Assembly: GCA_951406725.2 (NCBI GenBank)
Contig: OX597834.1
Coordinates: 22,320,001 to 22,384,000 of the forward strand
Direction of reading: 5' to 3'
Source: Octopus vulgaris
Taxonomy: Eukaryota
Length of the DNA: 64,000 nt
This document shows, one piece after another, positions 13,704 through 26,848 of the stretch (position 1 is the stretch's first letter; each line of letters begins with the position of its first letter). Under the pieces are notes generated by a model, which ran no database searches, was not told the origin of the DNA, and worked only from the letters and a program-made list of their open reading frames with translations. The position numbers and the translations under genes were made by a program.

Positions 13704-13881
13704 TTAACCTTTTAGCATTCAAACTGACCAGATGTGGCCATCTTCCCTATAATTTCATTCTAAAACTATCCAATCACATCATCAAAATTTTGAAGCTAAA
13801 AGATAATACATGATTAATACAAAACAGTGTGAATAAGTGAGCATTACATTTGACAGAGAAATCTGAATGCTAAAAGGTTAA
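13704..13881. mobile_element. piggyBac-like TTAA MITE (family H)
   Basis: TTAA-CCTTTTAGCATTCA...TGAATGCTAAAAGG-TTAA: a perfect 14-bp TIR with a TTAA duplication, inserted at a TTAA inside a family-G MITE. Confidence 0.8.
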
Positions 13882-14859
13882 AACATATTTGTATCATCGA
13901 ACCAGAAGTAGTCTCAGGTGGGTTGGCATCAAAGGAGTTAGATAAATGGCAGGCAGGGAACCAGAAGGTCTGAGCCAAACGTTTGCCATTCTGTAAAAGG
14001 CAGAAAAGGATCCACTCAACTTTTGTTACCCTATTTCTGCTGAGATACTTTTATTTCCATTGATTTTGATATGATGATGATGAAGAATTTAGTAAAACAA
14101 CTTTGGAACATAAACTGATTTCAGATTTTGGCATAAGGCCAGCATTTTCTGGGGAAAGGGTCATTGATTACATTGACCTTGGTGTTTGACTGGTACTCCA
14201 AAAGGCAAAGTCAACCATGGCAGAATATAAATTAACATTAGATTTCAAAGAGGGTTTTAATTTCAATCATTTTAAAGCACAGAGTTTGTGTCATAGAACC
14301 AGGGGTGGTTTTAAATTGTGATCAAAAGAGATAACAGGTAAATATAAATTGGTAATAGAGCTGTGATAAGCGTTTCTTTCTAGATCAGATTTGACATTGT
14401 TGTCATAGTATTTCTGTTGAAATACAATGTCTTGGTTCCAATTAAGTTTTAAGATAATAAATAATTTATTAGAATAACTTTGACAGTATTATGCTGATGT
14501 TTAGAACATAATTTAGCATGAAAAATGGATTTAGAACATGACATTTGTATCATAGAGCTGAGGGTGGTCTCAGGTAGGTTAGTGCCAAAAGGGTTAGCAA
14601 AGGTTGGTTTCATTGTTATGTTTGTATGGAAATGGTTAAAAAAGTAATTCAATGTTGCCCTTGAAAACATAGTCACTAATCCAGTGGTGATGTCAGAAGA
14701 TAGTAATTGGCATGCTTTTTGTTGTCTTTTTTTTTTTTTTTTTTTTTCTTTGTTTTTAGTGAAATGGTCTCCAAATATCCCACAAGAGCAGTAAGAAACT
14801 GGTTAGATTTGAGAAAGTGACACATTGTCTTTAACACAATTCCATACTCTAATGAGTTT

Positions 14860-15084
14860 TTAGACAGACTGTGATCTCTTAGTTATAAGAGAATGAAAGT
14901 GAACTGTTAGTTTTAAAAGAGTGACACTGACCTCTTAGTTTTAAGAGAGTGGTACTGGCCTATTAGATTTAAGAGAGTGACACTGGCCTATTAGATTTAA
15001 GGAAGTGACACTGACTTGTTAATTTTAAGCGAGTGACACTGACCTGTTAGATTTAAGTGAGTGACACTGAACTGATAGCTTTAA
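14860..15084 (+). repeat. 28-nt minisatellite, about 8 copies
   Basis: Consensus gagagtgacactgacctgttagatttaa, with diverged tandem units. Confidence 0.85.
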
Positions 15085-16653
15085 GGAAGGCTCGTATCTG
15101 TATTAAGAGCAAGAGATCATTCATCAAATTATTTAAAGTGCTCTGATATATGAGGCAATTATAGAATTTAATTAGAGAAATGAATGTTCTACGAATATAA
15201 ATTGAACAAATGGTAATGGGGTCTTATTTTATGCCTGAAAATTTCAGAGAATAACGACAGGTTTTATACTGGGAAACTTGGAAAACACTTTTGCTGGGCA
15301 TGTGTTTATACCTTTTCATGTAGATGCTCCATCATGGCCGCAGTCCAATAACTGAGATTACATATAAGAATAGACACACATTTATACACACAAAAAAGTT
15401 CACAGACACACGCATACTGACACACAAACACACACACACACACACACACACTTGCATACACGTGGACATGCACATACACACGGTCATACTGCACGTTCTC
15501 ACATTTTCACAGACACACCCACGTCTGCTTGGCACTACCTCCTCCCTCCCCACATGCATTCTTACACAGACACAGATGCACTCGCATGCACACTACTGCG
15601 AGCATATGCACACATACATTCATGCTCGCACAAGTGTGGGGGCAAGTCTCCACACACAGACAAACATGCAGGCACACACACACACGCACACACACAATTA
15701 TTGCAAACATGCACGGACATGCATGCATACACTCATATGTATAGACTCAACTCCCCACGCACACAAACACACACATACATACATGCAACTATTACAAACA
15801 TACACACACACATGCATACCCCCACAGCCTAGATGCAACCAACCCCATGCATACACACACACACAATTATTGCAAACATGCACGGACACGCATGCATAAT
15901 CTCATATGTATACACACAACTCCACACAAACGCAAACATACATATATGCAACTGTTACAAATATACACACACATGCATACCCCCACAGCCTAGATGCAGC
16001 TACCCCCTTACGCACACACTCACACACACCTCACTTTATACATTCACTCTACTCAGTCGCCAATTTGGAAGTTATAAATGTGTTTACTTTGGCAATCAAT
16101 TTCTTAAAAGCAAAAGCTACTTGTTCAGTAATTAGTTCTGGATGGTCGAAAGAAGTGTTACAAAATCAATTTGTCTTATTAGAATCAAGGGGAAAGCAAA
16201 AACAAAACCTTAATATGTATAATAACAAATAAATAAATTACAAAAAAATTAAGTAGTTCCAGAATTTTCAATTATCCCCCCTCCCCTCCTTTTTGCACCC
16301 ACATTTATATTGTCCCTTTTTTTTTTTGACAATGGGCCAAGCACACCACCCTGTCTAACATCCACATCTAGTTTGGGAGTTTTTTTCTTTTAGCAATAGA
16401 CCTTCTGCACCCCTCCCCCCACCACATACGTTATTTCTTCAGATGGCTGTGTGGTAAGAAGTTTGCTTCTCAACCACATAGTTCCATGTTCAGTCACACT
16501 GCATGGTACACCTTGAGCAAGTATCTTCTACTATAGCCCCAGACTGACCAAAGCCTTGTGAGTAGATTTGATTGAAGAAAACTGAAAGAAGCCCATATTA
16601 TATATGTTCGTGTATATACACATACATAAATATATGTGTGTGAGTGTTTTTAT

Positions 16654-16700
<47 letters not shown>

Positions 16701-18818
16701 TGTAGGAGTGGCTGTGTGATCAGTAGCTTGCTTCCCAACCACATTGTTCCAGGTTCAGTCCCATTGCATGGCACCTTAGGCAAGTGTCTTCTACTATAGC
16801 CTCGGGCCAACCAAACCCTTGTGAGTGGATTTGGTAGATGAAAACTGAAAGGAACCCATCGTATATATATACATATATATATGTGTGTGTGTTTATGTTT
16901 GTCCCCCCAGCATCACTTGAAAACTGATGTTAGTGTGTTTACATTCCTATAACTTAGCGATTTAGCGAAAGAGACTGATAGAATAAGTACTAAGCTTACA
17001 AAGAATAAGTCCTGGGGTTAACTTGTTCGACTAAATAGACAATGCCCCAGCATGGCTGCAGTCAAATGACTGAAACATAAAAGAATATATATATGTGTGT
17101 ATAAGTATATTTGTGTATTGGTGTATGTGTCTACTTGGTAGCCCTCCACTTGACATCACACAACAATTGGAACCAGGTGAGAGCTGGCAACAGGTAGGGC
17201 ATATATGGCCATAAAACAATCTGCCTGAACGAATTCCATCGACTCATTCAAGCATGTAAAAGTGAACATTAAAATGATGATGATGATGATGATTCCACTG
17301 CCACCACTGACATTTCTTTGGTAAAAATTGCAAAGAACTTTTTTTCCATTTATCTGCAAAACAGTGTGTAGTCGTCTGATGGAGGAGTTAAAAAACTTGG
17401 TGAAGAAAATGCTGATTTATCTGTCGTAGTGATTATTGGCTTTTGTTGTTTCCGATGCCATTTTTCCACTGCTGACCACTGAACAGTGAAGGAATGAATG
17501 AAACCTAATTTTTCAGACAAATTAGCAACCTGCTCGTTTATAATAATCTTCTTCTGTGAAGGTAGACAGTTAATTAACAATTGTTAGGTTTGTTGGCTAG
17601 ATTCATCATCATCATCATCATCATCTTCGTTTCAACATTCGCTTTTCCGTGCCTGCATGGGTCAGGGGATCAGATTTTTCTATAACCAAATGTCCTTCCT
17701 ATCACCAACCCTCATTGTTTCTCCATGGCCAGATATGTTTCCATGGAAGATCAGAAATAACGGACACTGCTTGTATGACAGTGATATTCATTTACAACAA
17801 TAATATGCTGTCAAGTCAAGGATGCACATACACACATCCACATATATAAATCAAAAGATTGAGCATCCTTCTCAAGCCCTATGGACTCATAAGGGCTGGT
17901 TTCCTGGTTTCCATGGCATCATCATCATCATCATCATCATTTAGTGTCCGCTTTCCATGCTAGCATGGGTTGGACGGTTCAACTGGGGTCTGTGAAGCCA
18001 GAAGGCTGCATCAGGCCCAGTCTGATCTGGCAGTGTTTCTACGGCTGGATGCCCTTCTTAACGCCAACCAGTCCGTGAGTGTAGTGGGTGCTTTTTACGT
18101 GCCACCCGCACAGGTGCCAGACGGAGCTGGCAAATGGCCACGGATGGATGGTGCTTTTTACGTGCCTATACACCCTCTGAACTGAAAGCCAGTCTGTTGC
18201 AGCGTTACTCATTTTTATGCCAGCTGAGTGGACTGGAGCAACATGAAATGAAGTGTTTTGCTCAAGAATATAATGCATCACCCAATCCAGCAATTGAAAC
18301 CACAATCTTAAGCTCATTAGTTCAACACCCTATCCACTTGGCCATGCACACACATATACAACAGGCTTCTTTCAGCTTTCATTCACAAATCATTGGTTGG
18401 CCCAGGGCTATAGTAGCAGACACTTGGCAAAGGTGCCAGTAAGTATGTATGATCAAATAAAACAAAAAATACACAAACAACCTCACCATTTCTCTCAGAT
18501 TTTAAAGTTTTTCACCAAAATTCTCATTAAGTTAATATATGTCTGTGTTTGTGTGTTGTCGTTAAATCATTGTTTGTTGTTATTTTTATCATTAGAAATT
18601 TTTTTTGTGTGTTAATTTTGTTCTTTCTTCGTTAAAAGTTTTGATTTGATTTGATTTTGGTTTTTGTTGTTTTCCTTTTCTTTTTATATTTTATGTGGAA
18701 AACATTTTAGGAAAGCAAGAGAGTTTGGTTGCTTTTGTTTTTATTACCTGAATTTCTGTACAGGTGAACACACGTGTGAGGGTGCATAAGATATCTACAT
18801 CTATTCATGTGTGTGTAA

Positions 18819-18852
<34 letters not shown>

Positions 18853-18867
18853 ACACACATAAATACA

Positions 18868-18904
<37 letters not shown>

Positions 18905-21900
18905 TTGTATGTGCATACATTTTATATATATATATATATACTTATATATATATATACTTTATATATATATATATATATATATTATACGTACACACACACA
19001 CACTAGGCACGTGGCGTTCTGGTTTGGGCAGTTGGGTTCTTGATCATCAGATTGTGGGTCCCCCTCCAGGGTCAGGTTATTACTTCTATCAGCTGAAAAT
19101 CAGTAATAACCATGTGTTGGTAGTGTCCTGTCTCCTCCTCTAACTATCAATAGCCTCAATTTTCTGCTGAATCAAGGACAGGTGAATTGAGGAGATGTCC
19201 ATGCCTGCTAGCAGCTACATAGGCATCTAAAACATTTAGCAAAAGTAGGGTACATTGTTGCCCAATTATTATCCCATGCAATTGACAGGTGGCTTATGTG
19301 TTTAAGAAGCTCACCTTGCAACCACGTAGTTTCGGATCAGTCCCATTGCGTGGCACCTTGAGTGTTTTTTACTATCGTCCCTAGCGAGCCAGTGGGTTTT
19401 GTTTTGCTCATGTCCCTGCAACTTAGTGGTTTGGCAGTATAATAAGTAGCAAACTTAAAATATGTCCCAGGATTGATTTAATTAAATAAAATAGTCGAAG
19501 CAATGCCCCAGCATGGCCATAGTCCAGTGGCTGAAATAAGTAAGAGAGTAAACATAAAATATGCTCGTGGCTATATGTATGTGTGTCTGTATGTGTATGT
19601 ATAACATGTGTCTACATATATATATATAATTTGTAATAATGAAATCAAACCAAATAATGATATTTTAAAAGTATTTAATATGTACCTTTCAGGTCTTTTA
19701 TGTAATATATAATAGGAAATATATTGCCTTATGTAAGACCTTCATCAGTTAATATATATTAATGTTTGTTCCCATGTGATGTTACATACAAAGCAGTTTA
19801 ACATTAAACTGAAGGATCACTCAATACTTTTTAGTTAAGTGTCATATTTATTATGTTTTTACATGGGAAAGGTTGACATTGACTTTGAAGTTACAGCTTG
19901 CCAGCAGCCATTAAATGGGTATCTCAAAACTTTGATGCGAATGGCAACCTTTCATTGTAAAAATCCATATCTTTGTATCTATGTATGTTTGTATCCATCT
20001 AACTATATATATATATAAACACATATATATATATATTTTGATATATATATATATATTTTGATATATATATATATTTTGATATATATATATATATATATAC
20101 ACAATTAGATGGATAGATAGATTGATGTGTGTATATAATATATATATATATATGTTGTGCATGTGTGGTGATTGTATTTTATAAAATGTTTTTTATTTCT
20201 TGTGTTGGTATTTGAAATGTATTCTAAATTTTCAGATTCACGCTTTTTCTTTTAAACAAATATAAATAAATAGCAGTAAGAGAAACACAGTGAGGTAAAT
20301 AAACACTCGTATAGTGAAAACGAATTACACACACACACACATTTATGCAAATTAGGCTAGCTGACAGCATTTAAAGCAAACAGCGTTCGTTACAAGCACA
20401 GCTGTGCTGACTAAAGAACGATGTCTAACAAACATTGATTAAGTTTCTGTTATTGTTTTTGTTGTTGTTGCTGTCGTCCTTTAGAATCATTTGAAACAAA
20501 AAGCAATCGCTACGTGGTGTGGCAAAAAAAAAAAAAACCCTCCTAGATTCACCATTCTCGATAAACATTCGAAGAGTAAACACAGTGTATGCACAAACGC
20601 CAAACCATTATCATTACTTTCAAAGAAATAGCAAAACATTAGTTACACGAAGTTACCATTACCAGTTGCTTAACTTCAAAAGCGCCACAGCAATGGCCAT
20701 GTAAAATATGGGAGCTTTTTCTGCCGCACTTTGTATTAATTTCCATTGAATTTTCTTTACTATTTGCGAAAATAAACCAATGAAATATATATAAAAAAAA
20801 AAAAAAGACATAGATTTAATTAAAACAAATCGATATTAACATAAATTTAAATAAATAAATTAATTTCGCTTTACAGTAACATTTTTATTGTTCTGGCCAT
20901 TTTTATTGTAGAATTTGGTCAAAGTTTATAATTATAGTTGGGGCAGTGTTATTTAAAAAAAAACAAAAAACAAAGAAAACTTTATTTTTATGAAAGGTGC
21001 TAAAAAATTTTAATGAAATATTTTGGATAGTAATAATAATAATAATCCTTTCTGTTATAGGCACAAGGCCCTAAGTTTTGTGGGAGGGGGCTAGTCAATT
21101 ACATCAACCCCAGAATTTCATTGGTACTTAATTTATTGATCCCGAAAGGATGAAAGGCAAAGTCCACCTTGGCAAAATTTGAACTCAGAACATAGCGGCG
21201 GGTGAAATACCACTAAACATTTCACCCAGATTCTGCCAGCTCGCCACCTTAATAATAATAATAATGATAATAATAATAATAATCCTTTCTATTAAAGGCA
21301 AAAGGCCTGAAATTTGGGGAAGGGGGACAGTAAATTACATCGACCCCAGTACTTGAAAGACTGAAAGGCAAAGTCGACCTCAGTGGAATTTGAACTCAGA
21401 AAATGGTGACAGGCGAAATCCTTTCTAATATTGGTACAATGTAAGCTTGAAACCTTGGAAGACAAGGGAACTAATAGGTTACTTTGATGCCAATATTTAA
21501 CTGGTACTTAGTTTATTGACCATGGAAGGATGAAAAGCAAAGTCAACCATGGCAGAATTTGAACTGAGAACGTACAGACAGCCAAAATGCAGTTAAACAC
21601 CTTACCCAACCTTGATGACAATAAATTAATAATAATTCCTTCAACTATAGGCACAAGGCCTGAAATTTTTGGGGGAAGGGACCTGGTTGATTATATCAAC
21701 CCTGATGCTTAACTGGTACTTATTTTACAGTTCTATATTTAAAAGACAAGGAATTATGTTCATTATTTACATTTGATGGATATTTGTCCTCATCTTGTTT
21801 GTTGCTAATGCAATGTTTCGGCTGATATACCCTCTACTTTCATCAGGTGTCTGGGGGGAATTTTCGAACCTGGGTTCTCATTCCTAAGGTATTTTTTCAA

Positions 21901-21951
21901 TGTTATTGTTATTATTATTATCATTATTATTCAGGTCACTGCTTGGAATCG

Positions 21952-22190
21952 GGCATATGGCGTAGTGGTTAAGAGTGCGGACTACTAACCCCAAGATTCC
22001 GAGTTCAATTCCAAGCAGTGATTTGAATAATAATAATAATAATAACAACAACAAAAAATACCTTAGGAATGAGAACCCAGGTTCGAAATTTCCCCCAAGA
22101 CACCTGATGAAGGCTGGAGGGTATATCAGCTGAAACATTGTGTTGGCAACAAACAAGATGAGGACAAATATCCGTCAAATGTAAATAATG
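21952..22190 (+). mobile_element. tRNA-headed SINE-like element (family E) carrying a hammerhead-like 3' module
   Basis: A box TGGCGTAGTGG (21958-21968), B box GTTCAATTCC (22003-22012), an (AAT)n linker, then ACAC-CTGATGA-A-GGCTG...CAGCT-GAAAC-ATT-GTGT (22100-22143). An inverted partial copy lies at 21728-21951. Confidence 0.7.
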
Positions 22191-22894
22191 TGGCACTTCT
22201 TTTATTGCTCCCCGCCCCCTGAGATTGGAAGGCAAGGTTGACTTCAGAGGAATTTGAACTCAGATCATAAAGACAGACGATATGTCATTAAGCATTTTGT
22301 CTGGCATGCTAAGTCACTCGAGTGAACCTCGCCACCTTCACCTACCTTCAACAAATTTTCTGTGGGGAGTGCAGCACCTCCCTCTCGATCCTCCCTTTTC
22401 GTCTTAAGTGGAGCTTAAAGAATAATCAATGAAGGTTTAGCCACAAAGGAAAGCATCTGTCTTCAGTCGTTTTTTTTTCGTTCACCATATAAACTCTTTT
22501 GCTAGAAAACATAAACACACCATAGTAAAAAGTTTGGCTCTTGTTTAGTTTATGCATTTAAAAGGAAATTTTAAAGATCCTCAAATTCTGACGCAACTTC
22601 CTTTTCCCTTCTCCCCTCACCCTCGCCCCTGCCACATACTCCTTTCGTTCCAAATTATTTTTAAATCCGTTTTTTTTTTTTTTAAATTGTTAACCTAACC
22701 TTAATGTGTGTGTGTGTGTGTGTGTTCGTGTGAGTGCACCTGTACAAGCAATGTCGATTTGATGGAGAGAAAGAGTGAATGTAAACAAAAACATTTGGCC
22801 ATTATAAACAAGTCATCTACCCGGGTTGTTCAAGATGTTGCAGAACTCTCATCTGTTGACTGCAGCAGATGAGAGCTATATATATGTGTATGTG

Positions 22895-22925
<31 letters not shown>

Positions 22926-25514
22926 ATGTATGTATATATATATATATACAACATATATATATATACATGTATATGCACACACACATATAATAGATAATAA
23001 TTCTTTTTTGGAACATTGGATCTTGAAGTAGACAAAGCTATAAATACTAGCATGTAAATATTGGGTTAAAAATATTTGGATAGAAAAATCAAAGGCTATC
23101 CACCACACACACACATTTATTCATACATATATATATCAGTGTGATCGTGTGTTTATATATATTTATATATACATACACTTACACATGCATACACACGCAC
23201 ACATATCTAATCTATTAAAATAGCAATTACATCTTATGTAATAATTCTTTTGTTAACAAGTAGTACTAGTAGTAGTAGTAGTAGTAGTAGTAGAAAAAAA
23301 AATTAAGCTATAAAATTTTGTTTAAGTTTCTAATTAAATGACTTGGCATTTCAGGTTTTTTTATTAGATAAAACTCCATTATTAACCGATTTTTTTCTTT
23401 TCCTTTCTGTCTACTAATGTTTCTTGTTTTGTATTCCATTTCTGACCTGTACCATTTTTCGTTTTACTAAAATCATTAATAAATCTCTGATGTGAAATAA
23501 CTTTGTCAAACCAATAAACCAAAGTGGATTACATAGCGTCAATCAATATAATAATAATAATAATGATGATGATGATAATAATGAGTTAAAAATTTGGCTC
23601 ACAGCCAACAATGTTAGGGGAAGAGAATAGCCGATTACATCAACCCCAGTATTCAACTGGTACATATTTTATTGACCCCGAAAGGTGGATTTCCATGGAA
23701 ATGATAATGATGATGATGATGTTGATGATTTCAAACATTGGCACCAGGCCAGCAATTTCAGGGAAGTGGGTAAATTGATTACATCAATCCCAGAAATCAA
23801 GTGGTGCTTATTTTATCAACCCCCGAAAGGATGAAAGGCAAAGTTAACCTCAATGGAATTTGAACTCAGAAAATAGAGACTGATAAAAATGCTGCTACAC
23901 ATTTCACCCTGGTGTGCAAATGCTTCTACCAGCTTGCCACCTTAATAATAGTAATAATAATAATAATAATAAATAATAATAACGATGCAGTACCAGGCAG
24001 TGGCTCTCATGGCTTCTGATCTTAACTGATTGTTACATTGTTTTGTCTTGGTATAAAAAGATGGCCTATGGCAAATATTCTGCTCAATACCATGGATCTG
24101 CTTTAGATAATAATATTAGTTTCTGATTTAGATCCAAGGCTAGTGAGGTGGTTGTCTTGATATCATTGACCCCAGTACTCAACTAGAATTTAATTTTATT
24201 GAACCCGAATGAATGATAGGCAAAGTTGACCTTTAAAGGGTTTCAATCCAGAAAGTAAAGAGTTAGAATAAATGCTGCATTTTAAATTTTTTTTTTTTTT
24301 TTTTTTTTGCAATTAAAAAATATTAACGATAATAATTATTTCTTTTCTAATTTTGGCAGAGTACCAGTTGATCAGTGGGGTCGTTGTAATCGACTTACCC
24401 CCGTCTCGAAATTACTGGCCTTGTACCAAAATCATATTATTATTATTATTATTATTAGATTTGTTTTGTTTTTTTCCACTGCAAAAAATGTCGTTAGTTG
24501 TTCATGCTGTTGTTTTATTGTTTACTTTTAATTATTTCTACTAATTGGCAATTGAAGCATCAAGGAGTTGGGGGGGCGAGTTTTTTGGGTTTTTTTCTGT
24601 AGTGGTGGTATGGAATAACGAGTTGTTTAGGGGCATTAGCAGTAATGAAACATTGATAGATTACACCTGTGAACAACACCTGGGTGCATGTGAATATATA
24701 CATATATGCACACGCACGCATATATAGGGAGAGAGACATGCATATATATGTATGTCTGTATTTATGTAGTAGAAGCTGTTTATTATGATCGCTTTAGAAT
24801 GGAGCCTTTTAAATAGCAATAGCCAGCTGATAACAATAACACGATTATAATAACCATTTTCTACTCTACGTATATGTGTGAGATAAAAATACATGAACAC
24901 ACTTGCTTTGGGTCTAGACACAAATGCAGATGTAATATTGTTCTTGGCAAACAATTACAACTTGTCTCTGATGAGGAACGTAAGAGACCGAAACCTGGTG
25001 ACAATAATTAGCTCAGATGAAGTTTAAACCCTAACCCTACCCTCCACCCAAAGAACCCTCTACCTTGCCTATTGTTGCTCCCAATCCCGCAACCCTTGAA
25101 GCTTCAAATTATTTTCTTTGTTGATGGTTTTTGTTTGTTGTTGTTGTTGTTATATTTTTGTCTTTATTGACATTTTTTCCCCATTTTTTTTTTTACATTT
25201 TTTCTTCTCTTTTTTTTTTTGTGATGTTAAACTAATTTCTCTTTCGCTATACTTTCAGTGGCCACATCACCTCCCAATGGTACCGTAATCAAAAAAAAAA
25301 AAATGCTTCATTTCTCGCTTGTCAAATCTCTTTATCTTCTCTCTCTCACTCACTCACTCACTCACACATTCTCTCTCTCACTTTCTCTTCTTTCTCTTTC
25401 TACTTTCATTTTGTGGAATATTGTGATAATAATTCTTACAGTCTGTGTTGTTCTTGTTGATGTTTTTTCTTTTTTTTTTTCCAACTGATAACCATTGTCT
25501 CACATTTCATTCTG

Positions 25515-25557
<43 letters not shown>

Positions 25558-26004
25558 ATATTTACATCTGTATTGATCACTTAATGCTTTTATTTGCTTC
25601 TTTGATCTATAAGTGTGCTACTGCAACAAATGTCTCAGTGTTTTATTTTTTTCTTCTTCTTCTTCTTAATGTTGTTTTTATTCTCCGACTAAAACAAAAA
25701 AAAAAATATGCATGCATGTCTAAATTTTGCATGAATAATCAATCACTTCCTCAATCAATCATTCAACAAGCTTTATTGATGTCCTGTAAATGTAACTTAT
25801 AGATTATGTCCCAATAGCTTTTCATGTTTCCATTTGTTATTATTATTATTCTTTTTAGACTTTTTCCTTTTCTCTTTCTTTCTCTTTTCTAAATGTCATC
25901 CACATCGTAGATGAGGAGGCTATTATCTTCTGTATCTAATTCTTTGGCACTCATCTCTCAGTCAGTCCAATCTGGAAAATGTAAATATCTACATGTGTGT
26001 GTGT

Positions 26005-26057
<53 letters not shown>

Positions 26058-26425
26058 CACACATGTGTATATATATATATATATGTAAAAAAATACAAAC
26101 TGGGACAAGAACGCAAAACATTTAGAAGGCGATACAAAAAACACGGACGGAACATTCGAAGCCTTCAATCTTCAGTCAAGAACCGGATCATCCTCGCAAT
26201 TTCGGCTGATTTATTCTTAAGCATGTGTACATATTGTGTATATATGTATGTATATATACTTTTCTACTCTAAGTACAAGGCCTGAAATTTTTGGGGAGGG
26301 GGCCAGTTAATTAGATCGACCCCAGTATGCAACTGGTACTTAATTTATCCCAGCATGACCACAGTCTAATGACTGAAACAAGCAAGAGATAAAAAAATGA
26401 ATTATTTATTAAATAATGACAAATA

Positions 26426-26609
26426 GGCGCAGGAGTGGCTGTGTGGTAAGTAGCTTGCTTACCAACCACATGGTTCCGGGTTCAGTCCCACTGCGTGGCA
26501 TCTTGGGCAAGTGTCTTCTGCTATAGCCCCGGGCCGACCAATGCCTTGTGAGTGGATTTGGCAGACGGAAACTGAAAGAAGCCTGTCGTATATATATATA
26601 TACATATAC

Positions 26610-26643
<34 letters not shown>

Positions 26644-26848
26644 ATTTGTTTGTGTGTCTGTGTTTGTTGCCCCAACATTGCTTGACAACCGATGCTGGTG
26701 TGTTTACGTCTCCGTCACTTAGCGGTTCGGCAAAAGAGACCGATAGAATAAGTACTGGGCTTACAAAGAATAAGTCCCGGGGTCGATTTGCTCGACTAAC
26801 GGCGGTGCTCCAGCATGGCCACAGTCAAATGACTGAAACAAGTAAAAA
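26426..26848 (+). mobile_element. tRNA-derived SINE family B (CORE-like, internal TA/TG microsatellite), near-intact copy
   Basis: A box tggctgtgtggtaag, B box ggttcagtccc, a CORE-like ttgggcaagtg segment, an internal (TA)n(TG)n tract and the tail gactgaaacaagtaaaa. About 15 copies, e.g. 10615-11140, 16700-17085, 27221-27610, 35258-35655, 36734-37130, 59830-60230. Confidence 0.85.

Noticed and set aside
14860-15084. CRISPR-like 28-nt repeats
   Set aside because: The units are directly adjacent with no unique spacers, the context is eukaryotic, and there are no cas genes; it is a minisatellite.
15324-16030. 191-aa His/Thr-rich ORF with an internal repeat
   Set aside because: It is degenerate (CA)n-derived sequence with a duplication of about 165 nt; there are no splice signals or domain similarity.
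21952-22020. Possible tRNA gene
   Set aside because: A and B boxes are present, but the acceptor and anticodon stems do not pair well and the sequence runs into a repeat body; it is a SINE head.
25026-25043. Telomere-like aaaccctaaccctaccc
   Set aside because: Fewer than two full units, which is expected by chance.
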